Positions 21,759 to 34,453 of a DNA stretch of 64,000 nucleotides are shown here, in pieces (positions within the stretch are counted from its first letter, which is position 1; each line of letters starts with the position of its first letter). This DNA is from the human T2T-CHM13v2.0 reference genome, Homo sapiens. Location: NCBI RefSeq assembly GCF_009914755.1, contig NC_060925.1; one strand, given 5' to 3'. The position numbers and the translations under genes were made by a program. The notes beneath the pieces are model-generated. The model saw only the letters and a list, made by a program, of their open reading frames with translations, was not told the origin of the DNA and did not search any database.

Positions 21759-22281
21759 ACTAGAATAATAGGTTTTATAAAGATGTCTATTGTTATACTA
21801 AAAGTGTGACGTAAACTTTAGTTATTTAGGAGACTCTTAGTGGAATACATGATTTTCTTGACAGTGAGGGGTAGATGAGGCATCACATACTTGAACAGTT
21901 AGAACCACTATCTTTTTAAAGGTTCTGTGCCAGAGCTACAGCTTTAAAATGGAGGGATCAGGAAAGCATGCGTTTGTCTCCAGTCTTTCCCATTGGCCCT
22001 ACATCAAAATGAGGACATAGTTACTAAGTACTTTGTGTGCTACTGCTCTATTTCTTGTTTTGGAGGGGATCAAAAATATAAGACAGGGATAAAGGAAGGT
22101 TTTTTTTACAGTGAGACCAGTTGAACATTTGAAATTATTTTAAAAGAATAATTTATTTCCCAGGTTGGTGGCTCATTACTATATTTTTTTAATTGTTCAT
22201 TTTCTGAATAGGCTTCTGGAATTTAATTTCTGTACTTAATTATATTTATCTTTGACATGATCTTTATACCTTGGTTTGCAG

Positions 22282-22354
22282 GAAAGCAGATGGTGGAGCT
22301 GAATATGCCACTTACCAGACTAAATCAACCACTCCAGCAGAGCAGAGAGGCTGA
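22282..22354 (+). CDS. CD46: CD46 exon 14 coding part: CYT-2 tail [23 protein letters not shown]
   Basis: TTGGTTTGCAG acceptor; in frame with phase-2 exon 12; TGA at 22352-22354. Confidence 0.97.
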
Positions 22355-24275
22355 ATAGATTCCACAACCTGGTTTGCCAGTTCATCTTTTGACTCTATTA
22401 AAATCTTCAATAGTTGTTATTCTGTAGTTTCACTCTCATGAGTGCAACTGTGGCTTAGCTAATATTGCAATGTGGCTTGAATGTAGGTAGCATCCTTTGA
22501 TGCTTCTTTGAAACTTGTATGAATTTGGGTATGAACAGATTGCCTGCTTTCCCTTAAATAACACTTAGATTTATTGGACCAGTCAGCACAGCATGCCTGG
22601 TTGTATTAAAGCAGGGATATGCTGTATTTTATAAAATTGGCAAAATTAGAGAAATATAGTTCACAATGAAATTATATTTTCTTTGTAAAGAAAGTGGCTT
22701 GAAATCTTTTTTGTTCAAAGATTAATGCCAACTCTTAAGATTATTCTTTCACCAACTATAGAATGTATTTTATATATCGTTCATTGTAAAAAGCCCTTAA
22801 AAATATGTGTATACTACTTTGGCTCTTGTGCATAAAAACAAGAACACTGAAAATTGGGAATATGCACAAACTTGGCTTCTTTAACCAAGAATATTATTGG
22901 AAAATTCTCTAAAAGTTAATAGGGTAAATTCTCTATTTTTTGTAATGTGTTCGGTGATTTCAGAAAGCTAGAAAGTGTATGTGTGGCATTTGTTTTCACT
23001 TTTTAAAACATCCCTAACTGATCGAATATATCAGTAATTTCAGAATCAGATGCATCCTTTCATAAGAAGTGAGAGGACTCTGACAGCCATAACAGGAGTG
23101 CCACTTCATGGTGCGAAGTGAACACTGTAGTCTTGTTGTTTTCCCAAAGAGAACTCCGTATGTTCTCTTAGGTTGAGTAACCCACTCTGAATTCTGGTTA
23201 CATGTGTTTTTCTCTCCCTCCTTAAATAAAGAGAGGGGTTAAACATGCCCTCTAAAAGTAGGTGGTTTTGAAGAGAATAAATTCATCAGATAACCTCAAG
23301 TCACATGAGAATCTTAGTCCATTTACATTGCCTTGGCTAGTAAAAGCCATCTATGTATATGTCTTACCTCATCTCCTAAAAGGCAGAGTACAAAGTAAGC
23401 CATGTATCTCAGGAAGGTAACTTCATTTTGTCTATTTGCTGTTGATTGTACCAAGGGATGGAAGAAGTAAATATAGCTCAGGTAGCACTTTATACTCAGG
23501 CAGATCTCAGCCCTCTACTGAGTCCCTTAGCCAAGCAGTTTCTTTCAAAGAAGCCAGCAGGCGAAAAGCAGGGACTGCCACTGCATTTCATATCACACTG
23601 TTAAAAGTTGTGTTTTGAAATTTTATGTTTAGTTGCACAAATTGGGCCAAAGAAACATTGCCTTGAGGAAGATATGATTGGAAAATCAAGAGTGTAGAAG
23701 AATAAATACTGTTTTACTGTCCAAAGACATGTTTATAGTGCTCTGTAAATGTTCCTTTCCTTTGTAGTCTCTGGCAAGATGCTTTAGGAAGATAAAAGTT
23801 TGAGGAGAACAAACAGGAATTCTGAATTAAGCACAGAGTTGAAGTTTATACCCGTTTCACATGCTTTTCAAGAATGTCGCAATTACTAAGAAGCAGATAA
23901 TGGTGTTTTTTAGAAACCTAATTGAAGTATATTCAACCAAATACTTTAATGTATAAAATAAATATTATACAATATACTTGTATAGCAGTTTCTGCTTCAC
24001 ATTTGATTTTTTCAAATTTAATATTTATATTAGAGATCTATATATGTATAAATATGTATTTTGTCAAATTTGTTACTTAAATATATAGAGACCAGTTTTC
24101 TCTGGAAGTTTGTTTAAATGACAGAAGCGTATATGAATTCAAGAAAATTTAAGCTGCAAAAATGTATTTGCTATAAAATGAGAAGTCTCACTGATAGAGG
24201 TTCTTTATTGCTCATTTTTTAAAAAATGGACTCTTGAAATCTGTTAAAATAAAATTGTACATTTGGAGATGTTTC
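22355..24275 (+). other. CD46: CD46 3'UTR (AU-rich, ~1.9 kb; end approximate)
   Basis: Repeat-free AU-rich sequence after the CYT-2 stop, ending at a distal AATAAA followed by a GU-rich element. Confidence 0.85.
24248..24253 (+). terminator. CD46: Distal poly(A) signal of CD46
   Basis: AATAAA followed ~30-50 nt later by GATGTGTTTATTT...GTTTTGT. Confidence 0.8.
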
Positions 24276-24980
24276 ATGATGATGTGTTTATTTCTAGTGG
24301 GTTTTGTCTCAAATTGAAGTATGTTTCTAATTGGGCCCATCTTCTAACCATTCCACTCCCACAGCCATTCCTCCTGTCCCTCCTAGCTCAGACCCTTAAG
24401 TATCCCCAGGCTTCTCCACTCCCAACCCATCACATAGATACTGCACAGATATCCAGTGACATCACATTACCTACTGGATGAAGTCCACATTTCTTAGCCT
24501 GATACTTGAAGACCTTTTACAATTAAATCCCAACTTTCTTCCCCAAGCATTTTCTATTGCACTTCTTCAAATAACCTACTCTCAGTCAAGCCTGACCATT
24601 TCCCCTGTGCTTTCTGCTGTATTCCTAGTTCATTGTTGCTTGAAACACCTACTGTCCTGTTGAGATCCTATGCATCTTCCAAGGCCCAGCTCAGATATTA
24701 CCCTTCATGAAACTGTGCCTGATTTCTGCCCAGCTCTTATAGTCTTTATTATTACCTAACCTTGGGATAGCCACATTTAAGCATCTATATATACGTGTCC
24801 AGTAGAAGATATATCTTCTGCATCCTATGATCGCATATGTAGAGCTAAATAAAAACCCAAGTCCTAACAAAGTATAAAATTTATGTAACTAGTAGGATTT
24901 GGTTGTTTCTGCAAAAATCATTGTTGCTCTCTCTGCAGATTTGAATTAAGTCGGATTGCTAAATTTCTCAGAGCAGGCTT

Positions 24981-25150
24981 CAGTGTTTCTCAACCATGGC
25001 TGCACATTGCAATCACCGGGGGATATTTACAGACACCTGGGTCCCACCCCTAGAGATTTCTAGTGTAATTGATCTGGGATGTGGTTTGGGTGTAGGGATT
25101 TCCAAGCGTCCTAAATGATTCCAAAGTGCAGCTAAGGTTGAAAACCCATG
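24981..25150. mobile_element. MER5A1-like hAT remnant
   Basis: CAGTGTTTCTCAACCATGGCTGCACATTG...GTGCAGCTAAGGTTGAAAACC inverted termini. Confidence 0.75.
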
Positions 25151-25412
25151 CATTAGTAAATCTCAAGCCCCACAGTAAATTTTTCTATATAAACTTGTAA
25201 AGATAGAAGTTAAAGGCTTATATTTATAGAAGAAAATTATGGCTTTCTTAATTCAGCCTATTAAATCAGAAAATTTCATTGAAGACTTGAATTAAGGTTT
25301 TGTTGTTTGGCTAACTGAACAAGGCTAGCTGTTGTTTAGAAATACAGAAGCATTGTCTCAAATAAACATAAAAATACAGAAGCATTCTGTTTAATAAAAC
25401 ACTAGGTGAAAA

Positions 25413-25423
25413 TTATATATATA

Positions 25424-25490
<67 letters not shown>
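25413..25490. repeat. Compound microsatellite (TA)n(GT)6(AT)10(AC)16 replacing an Alu tail
   Basis: Read directly. Confidence 0.95.
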
Positions 25491-25877
<387 letters not shown>

Positions 25878-26265
25878 TTAGTTACTTTGTAAGGTAACTA
25901 ACAATAAATCTGTAAGAATGCTGAAGGGACTTGGGATTAGAAGGAATATGAATTTGTGGTGTTCAAGTAGATTTTAGGGTTTGTGGGAAATAGTCAACTC
26001 TATGGTATTCTAAAACTTAGTAATGTCTTTCAGCTAACATTTTAACCAAGAATGAGCTTTTCTGCATATTTTTAAATTTTGCATACTTGTACTTAAGTAG
26101 GATTTAACATGGAGTCTAATAACTTCCAGAAATGATTCAAAATTGAGTGATTGTACATACAGATTTTTTTTTTTTTTTTCCTGGACTACACTGTTTTCAT
26201 CAGAATTTCTAGGCTCACTCAGAAAAGGTTACACTAGTATGACTAATCCTTTGTAAATCGGAGCA

Positions 26266-26295
26266 CTGCTGCCCTCCTGTGGACTGTCACGGCAT
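26266..26295 (-). promoter_or_regulatory. Candidate CTCF site
   Basis: Minus strand TGCCGTGACAGT-CCACAGGAGGGCAGCAG resembles the CTCF core plus upstream module. Confidence 0.4.
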
Positions 26296-26438
26296 TTGAC
26301 AATCCCTTCCTTACCAGCTCAAACCTAGTCACTATTCAGAAGTTTGAGTCATTGCTGTGATTCCCAGAAGACATTTTCAATTTCATTTGGGATATGGTAT
26401 AAGACTAGTCCTCTTCTCCTTCCGTGAAATCAAAATTA

Positions 26439-26737
26439 TTTTTTGACACAGGATCTCGCTCTGTCACCCAGGCTGGAGCTCAGTGGCTCAATCACAGCTT
26501 ACTGCAGCCTCAACCTCCTGGGTTCAAGGGATCCTCCCAACTTAGCTTTCCCCAACAGCTGGGACTACAGGTGTGCACCACCATGCCTGGATAATTTTTG
26601 TATTTTTTTTTTTTTTTTTGTAGAGACGGGCTCTCGCATGTTGCCCAAGCTAGTCTCGAACTCCTGGCCTCAAGCAATCTGCCTGCCTCAGTGTTCCAAA
26701 TTACTGGGGATCCAGGCATGAGCCACTGTGCCCAGCC
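26439..26737 (-). mobile_element. AluJ
   Basis: Diverged antisense Alu dimer. Confidence 0.88.
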
Positions 26738-27437
26738 AAGATTAACATTTTTAAAAGAGTTTTAAATGCTGTCCCTTATTGCTTAAGTATAGGAGAAGTA
26801 TAATATTGTGGATCTGTGGTCAATAAACAATTTTTCCTTCCCTCTCACATACCAGCAGAACGTTTGAACAAATTGCCAAAAGTATAGATAACATTTGAAA
26901 AAGCCGCCCTTCCTGATTCCTGATTCGATAGTACATAGCCCAGGGAAACCTGTACAGAGGTGGTAAAACTGGTGTTAGGAGACTCCACCTCCATTTATAA
27001 GATTTACCTCTCTCATGTAGCTTTTTACAAAACTAAACTATAATAATATGCTGCAGTGTGGCAAACCCTGTGCTAAACTACTGTAAACAGGAACCCCTGT
27101 AAACAGTAATCCTGGTGTTTGGGGCTTGTGGCTTCATTGAGAGAGAATTCAGGAACAAATGCTTAGAGAAGCACTTCAGAATGGTGTTCAGGAAAATTAT
27201 CTATCGTCTGATTAATCTCCTCCACCTGAAAGCGTTCCTAGGAAAAATACTCTGTAAATTTGTATTTAAGTTGGGACTTGAGAATTCTTTGGTTAGGTTC
27301 CCATAGCATCGTGCTTCTCAAGTCTTAGTGTGCTAGTGAGTTACATGGTGATCTTCTTAAATTAGAATCAGAAGATTCAAAAGGTATCGGTTGGGGCCTG
27401 AGGTTCTGCATTTCTAATGAGTGCCTAAGGAGCTGTT

Positions 27438-27909
27438 TGTGGTGGGCTGTATGATGGCCTCTAAAGATATCCAAGTCCTAATACCTGGAACCTGTGAATG
27501 TTACTTTATATGGCAAAAGGGTCTTTACAGATGAGATTAAGAAAATTGAAATAGGGAGATTATCCTGGATTATCCAGGTGGGGGCCCTAAATGTAACCAC
27601 AAGGGTCCTTCTAAGAGGGAGGCAGGGGGAGATGTGACTGTGCCAGAAGACAACATGGCCACTGAAGCAAAAGACTGCCCCGCTGGCTTGGAAGACAGAG
27701 GAAGGGGGTGCAAGCCAAAGAACGCAGCTCTAGCAGCTGAAGAAGGCAAGAAAACCTGTTCTCTCCCGGCGCTTCTGAGAGGGCGGGTGGCCCTTGCAGT
27801 CCAGTGAGCTGATTGCAGGCTTCTGGAATCTGTAACTGTACAAATGTGTGTTGTTTTAAGACACCATGTTTGTGGTAATTTTTTAGGGCAGCCACAGGAA
27901 ACTAACACA
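27438..27909 (+). mobile_element. MLT1 (MLT1C/D-like) MaLR solo LTR, apparently inserted into a MER5A remnant
   Basis: TGTGGTGGGCTG...GGAACCTGTGAATGTTAC...GATTATCCTGGATTATCCAGGTGGG...GCAGCCACAGGAAACTAACACA; MER5-like halves at ~27310-27435 and ~27910-27960. Confidence 0.82.
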
Positions 27910-29502
27910 CCAGTGCTGGGGGCCCTCAGACCACAGTGAGTAGTAAAGCGTTTTAGGAACAAGACCACAGAAGAGAGGCTCTCAACTTTAAAACAACAGT
28001 GATGTCCAGACCCATTCCCAGACCAGCAAAACCAGAGACTGTAGGGATGGGACCAAGGGAACACTAATTTAAAGGCTCTTTGGGTGAACTGAATAGGAAG
28101 ATAGGGTAGGGCACCATCATACTAGAATAAACTCAAAAATACAACTTTTGTGTTCAAGGAAAACTCTCAAGCTCCATCGAAGTATGGACACACTAGTCTG
28201 CCAGGTACTCTCCTGAAACTACACACCAGCTTCTCAAAGTGAAGGTCTGGGCCAGTATGTTACACAAATAATTGTCCAGTTCTAGACTTATTTCTGTTTC
28301 ACCTAAATTGGCCAAATATTTGACTTGTCTCATCCATATTTATTAAGGACTCATCAGTGTTTTACTTCCACAGGTGGGATTTTCCAGTCCAACTTGCATG
28401 AGTCTTGAAGGTGCTGTCAGTCTAATAAGCCTCCCCACTCAATATTTTTTTCATTATCTATTCACCAAGACCCGCTTATAAATTTACAGCTAATAAAATC
28501 TGGTAAAATTTAGATAAGCAGGACCCATGTCCTACAAAGCATTTTCTACCTAGGTTGATAGCATGGCTTCATAAACCCGATTCAAGATGCTGTCTCTGGA
28601 AGAAACAGTCTACATAATTACCAATTTATTGTGCAAAACCACCTCAGAATGGCAATTTTAGATAAAGAGCTGTCCGCATCCAAATGAATAAAACAAAATA
28701 ATCCTGTTTGAGGCACCGCAGTTACATTTTGCTTCTCACGACTTAGCAGTGTGGCACTATTTAAGCATTCAATGAGAGTGCTATAAACTTCTTTTATAGA
28801 AAAGACGTCTCAAATCATTGTTTTTGTGCTTTAATGCTGCACTCAATTTCACACTTACTCGTTTGAGGACTGGAATCAGGGCCTCCTGAGAGCAAAAATC
28901 TGTCGTCTGTATTTGCAACACCTAGGCTGGAGCTTTGAGCGTGGTGGGCGGATCAAAAACTGTTTAATTGGTAGGTAGTACAACAGACCCCAAAAATGTC
29001 TGACCTATAGGTATTTAATACTATTGTAGCCTATCTCAGTGGGAAGTGAACAAAACAATATAACTTAGGGTCTTAACTAACACCACCACTTAGGGTCTTC
29101 CCACCACATCCTGGGGATTAGAACATGGGTTCTTCCATCAACAGCCTGAAATAGCACTGCAGCTGCAGTGAGGGGGTGCAACATATGTACTGGCAAGTCT
29201 TCCCAGCAAATGCTACTTCCGCCCCCCACTCTCAGCCCACTGGGCAGGGCAGCCATCTAGAGGAAGACTGTGGCAGGGGGTTGGGCTTAGAAATGGCTTC
29301 CTAGGTGGCTGATTTGCCATCATTTATTGCAAGCCACTGGCTTAAAAGAGTTCTACTGAGGGTAGTTCATAGTCATGCACCTCCTGTGCAAAAAGCCTGA
29401 TCAAGGGGCCACAGCCCGCCTTCCTGAAGATCCTACAAGCTTGATCCCCTATCAAATCAAATCTGGCTAATCTCTGAATAGCTTTACAAAACTGGCTCAC
29501 TG

Positions 29503-29858
<356 letters not shown>

Positions 29859-30295
29859 TCAAAAGCACCACTCAATCTTTTATAATGCAAGTGAAATCAG
29901 TGCTGTGCCCCTTCAAGGAACCATGTGACAGTATGTTTAGTTGAGCACCAGTTCCTTGCAGGAACAGTTGCTGGCAGAAGGGCTGTGTCTACAGCCCATG
30001 TGGAACTAAGGAGTTTTCCCATTCAGTAGGGAGCATCCCTCAGCCTTGATCTTCAACATTTCTTCTCTTCCCTAATCTTTTCTCTCATTTTATTTCTTGG
30101 CTCATAGAATTTCATTCTTCTCTTAATGGGCTTCATTTTTAATGTCTGGCTGGCTGTAACCTACTTCAAATTCTTTATGAAGTAGGCAAGATCTGCACAG
30201 CCAATTAATTTTTCAGGACCCACTTCTTATCATCACAGAATTATGAATGGGAAATAATAGATGAAAAACACAGACATGATAAACTGAACATAGTA

Positions 30296-30301
30296 TTTAT
30301 T
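30296..30301 (-). terminator. Poly(A) signal of the miR-29b-2/c host transcript
   Basis: TTTATT on + (AATAAA on -), with a GU/U-rich stretch downstream on the minus strand (ATGTCTGTGTTTTT). Confidence 0.7.
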
Positions 30302-30610
30302 AAGGTCAGGATGCATGAATAGACTCTTCTCAACAGAAAGATAATTCAACAGCAATCAATTTACAGAATTTAGAACAGCACTACATTTCAGCAAAATGCA
30401 ACTAGAGAACATCAGATAAATTATAGTAATTTGTTTTTAAAAATCCATTAAACTATCTCTTACCTCTGCAATAATGTATCATACATGCAGTTACAGAAGT
30501 TAGTAGGGAAAAGCATGATCTTCCTTCCCTATTCTCTGCCCATCCATCTTCCAGGAAACCACAGGCTGCTGCTGCCCAGAGTTGGCATGAGGCTTCGAGG
30601 CTGCTGCTTT

Positions 30611-30698
30611 TCCCCCTACATCATAACCGATTTCAAATGGTGCTAGACAAAAACAGACTCTGAACACCAGGAGAAATCGGTCAGCCTGTGTAAGAGAT
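30611..30698 (-). ncRNA. MIR29C: pre-miR-29c (3p mature 30624-30645; 5p 30662-30683)
   Basis: Reverse complement gives TAGCACCATTTGAAATCGGTTA and TGACCGATTTCTCCTGGTGTTC in a hairpin. Confidence 0.99.
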
Positions 30699-31201
30699 GG
30701 GCCAGTGGTGCTCCCAGGGTCTGCACCTCGACAGTCCAGGTGGCAAGTCTGATTTCGGGTGCCCCGCAATCAACGCCGAATACTCCAGGGCATCCTCTAA
30801 GAGCAGACTGATGGTGTCGATGTGGACAAAATGGTCCTCCAGGTGTACTGCCCTCTCCCCTGCCCCATGACAATCGACACCCAATACATTGTTATCCAAC
30901 AGAATATGACAATCGCCACACTCAAAGGCCCTACGAACACATTCATGCTGGTGATGGCTGCTAGGAGTCAACAGAAATAGCATCACAACCTCTGCCCCTG
31001 CTCAAGCCACTGTGTTTATTTTAAACACAACCCCCTTCTCTACTGTCACCTCTCCCAAAACCCAACAAACTCAAGAGTGTATTTTGCTCTTCAAGTTCTT
31101 CCCTGGACTTCTCGAACAGACTCAAGTGGCAAGAGGAGAGGAGCCAGTTCCATGAGCAGCAGTTCCTCTGCAGTCCACCCTTGGCTGTGCTGCAATTCTT
31201 A

Positions 31202-31282
31202 CTCCTAAAACACTGATTTCAAATGGTGCTAGATACAAAGATGGAAAAATCTAAGCCACCATGTGAAACCAGCTTCCAGAAG
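31202..31282 (-). ncRNA. MIR29B2: pre-miR-29b-2 (3p mature 31209-31231; 5p 31251-31272)
   Basis: Reverse complement gives TAGCACCATTTGAAATCAGTGTT and CTGGTTTCACATGGTGGCTTAG. Confidence 0.99.
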
Positions 31283-34258
31283 AAGAGGATCTCAATGAAG
31301 AAAGAAGGGAGATTCAATCGGAAGACCCAGCCTCTGCCCTGAGGAGAAATATCTTCTTGTAGTTCTACTTGTGATATGACACAGTGCTCCATGGGAAAGG
31401 CACAGAGGAGGTTACACAGGGCTGCACAAGGCAACATGAAAGGCACAGCTGATGCTTCAAATAGATGAGAGCAATACAAAACTCATTAATTCTAGGTTAA
31501 TTCTATTTAACTTCACACCAGTCACTACAAATTATTATATATGATGAAATAAAAGCTAAAATTATTACTAAAATACATTAATATTTACATTTGTACTGCC
31601 CTGCATTTGTATAGTATTTCACAGTACACAAAGTGTTTCCAGATATATTCTCTTACTTCATCAGGACACAAGCACCCTATCTGCCTGTGGAATGAAGCTC
31701 CAGCTGCTACACAAAGGCGAGTCTCACCTGGGCCAGGACAACTCTTTTATGTGTCTTAACTTGAGAAAAGCATGCATTCCTCCTTCCCACCCCATATGTA
31801 AGTATCAGAACATTCAAATATGACCCCATGAACCTGCAATCTTATTTAACCCCGATGTGACTTCAAAAACTGGTACCCTATAATTGTATTAAGCAGATAA
31901 TCCTCTAACGTAAGAATTGAGTTTTATTTTCAAAGTCTGCTTGAAAATAAGATTTGCACACTGTATTCCAAATTAGATTTCCCATCTCCTTACTGCATCA
32001 TCTTTTTTGGTGGTTTGAAGCTAAGAAAATATGTGTATTTCCTCTGATACCATAACCAAGAGAAAAGAGACAGAGTAGACACTGTATATTTTAGCTTCCT
32101 TTCAGGCCTCTAGATACAGCCTTATAATTTTTATGGTTCCTGGCACTAACAGTATGTGTTGCTAGAAGGAGAAGAAATAGAATTTGAACATCAAAAGTTG
32201 CGGTGTTTAATTCTCACAACAGTCGTATGGGGCAGGTATTATTCCAATTTTTGCGAAGAAATTCATCCTTAATGAGGCTAAATAACTTGTCTGCAGTCAC
32301 ACAACCAATCAATGCAGATCCCAGGTCTAACTCCAAAGACTGTGTTTCTGCCCTTGTATCCACTGCAGCCTGCTCCATAACTTGACTATCATCTCATTTT
32401 GTTCTTGAACTTCATTAAGAACAAAACAGGGTGGGTGGGGCAGGAAATTCCTAGGCGATACTTCTGCACTGAATGGGATCATACTGACTACATAACACGT
32501 TATACTTAGGGGGAGACAGGAGCATCATCTGGGTTCTGCGAAAGCCGGGTGGTCTGGGGCAGCTTGCTTTGTTCTCCTGCTCCTCTAGCGCCTTTGCCGT
32601 CTTTCCCCAGCATGTGGCTGTGGGAAAGACACTGAAGATGAACCTGCAACAAGCGATTCTGACACCAGCGCTAGGCTCTACAGCCCACGGGGGACTTGCT
32701 AGCCTCAGTCACAGGTGGGAGAGCTGGGGCAGATCTGCACACAAGGGCTCTCAGTGATGACACCTGTAGCCAACACCTGGGGCTTGTTAACCAGGTAACA
32801 GCCAGGGTTGTAAGGTCAGGAGTGAGTGTTTAAGGACAGTTACTACTGGGAGTCCAAATCCTGTCAAATGAGGGGATTTGATGAGATTCTCACTTTTCTG
32901 CTTTTCATTTTAGCCACTCTTCCTTATCAACTTTTAGTTACCAGTACCCCCTCCCTATGAGCTATCACACAGGTGTCCCGCAGTGATCAGAAAGCACCTT
33001 CCTCCATGGCGAGGTCCTGCCTGCCTAAGCTGTTGTCTCTTCTGGAATACTCTCCTTCACCCTCCCTTGGCTACCACCCCTCAGCCCCGCCCCCACCCAC
33101 CACCACTCCAGGGAACCTGTCATCCTCCCCGCAGCTCAGGAAAGCCTCCCTGAGTCCAGCCCTTGCTAGAAGGTTAAGTGGTCCTCGCCAGCCTCAAGTT
33201 CTTTCCTTCAAAAACCACTTATCTCACTTGGTCATCAGTGTGATTATTTAATGTCTCTCCTGCTACCCGTAAGGGACCATTCGGAGTACAGCAGAGGGGC
33301 TGTGCATAGCAGGACGCCACTGCCACTGAGGGAGTTAACAGAAGCCACAGTCTGGGTCCCCACTCCTGGATTCTAAAATTTAACTCTTTACTCTCTGGAA
33401 GAAGAGATAAGAAGCCATTAACAATGCATCACTTTAATTAAACACTCTAAAAGAAGTGGAGAAAAAAATCATGTTAGTATTGAAATCCTTTGCCTTTCCA
33501 ATTCCACTGGATAAAAGGGGTCCTTCAGGTCTCAGCCCTCCCAACAGAACCAGTTTTCTCCTCTCAGAATCAGCTGAGCAATGACTCTTCGCTGAAACAA
33601 GCTGGTGGCTGTTCCCTACTAGGAAGCAGCCAGTTAGTTTGGTAAGGGCTGGAAGGGGCTTGCTTTCCCTGGCACCATGCCTGAAGGCCACCTAGACCTG
33701 TAAGAAGGCAGCCCATGAAAATCCCAGCCTGCTGAGAGCTCTGCCATCCAAGGAGGGTGATGGGTTTTACCCACCTCAGCCTAATGACTCCAAACAAACT
33801 GGCTGAAGGTGAAAGGGTTGGCAGGGCTGTCTGGGGAGGAAAACCACCCATCCAGAAGGGTGGGCATGTCAGTCTTACGAGTGCTGCCACGCATGGGAAA
33901 GGTGTGGGAGCTATACTCTAGCCTGGTCCACTTCTGTCCCCACATTCTACCTGGAGGCTTCTCGACCTCACACCAGGGCATTAATCTGCTTGGGCACACA
34001 GTGAATCAGAACACAATGGTTTTAATACCTGCTTGGCCCCAACTCTGAGAACAGGGACCTGCCACTTGCCCTGAATGGGCCTCAGTGTCTTCATGTGTAA
34101 AGAGAGGAGGCTGAGGTAGGCTGCTCACAGCACATTCAAATGCTCGGAGGGCTTGGGCAGGAAACCTGAGACAGAGAAGCAGCAACAGCATGCAGCAGAA
34201 ATACAGTGAACTGGAGAGGCCATATTTTGTCTAAATGCATGCAAAATCAGATACATTA

Positions 34259-34453
<195 letters not shown>

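Noticed and set aside
22355-24275. miR-29 regulation of neighbouring CD46 through its 3'UTR
   Set aside because: I found no TGGTGCT seed match; the nearest is TGGTGCG at ~23109.
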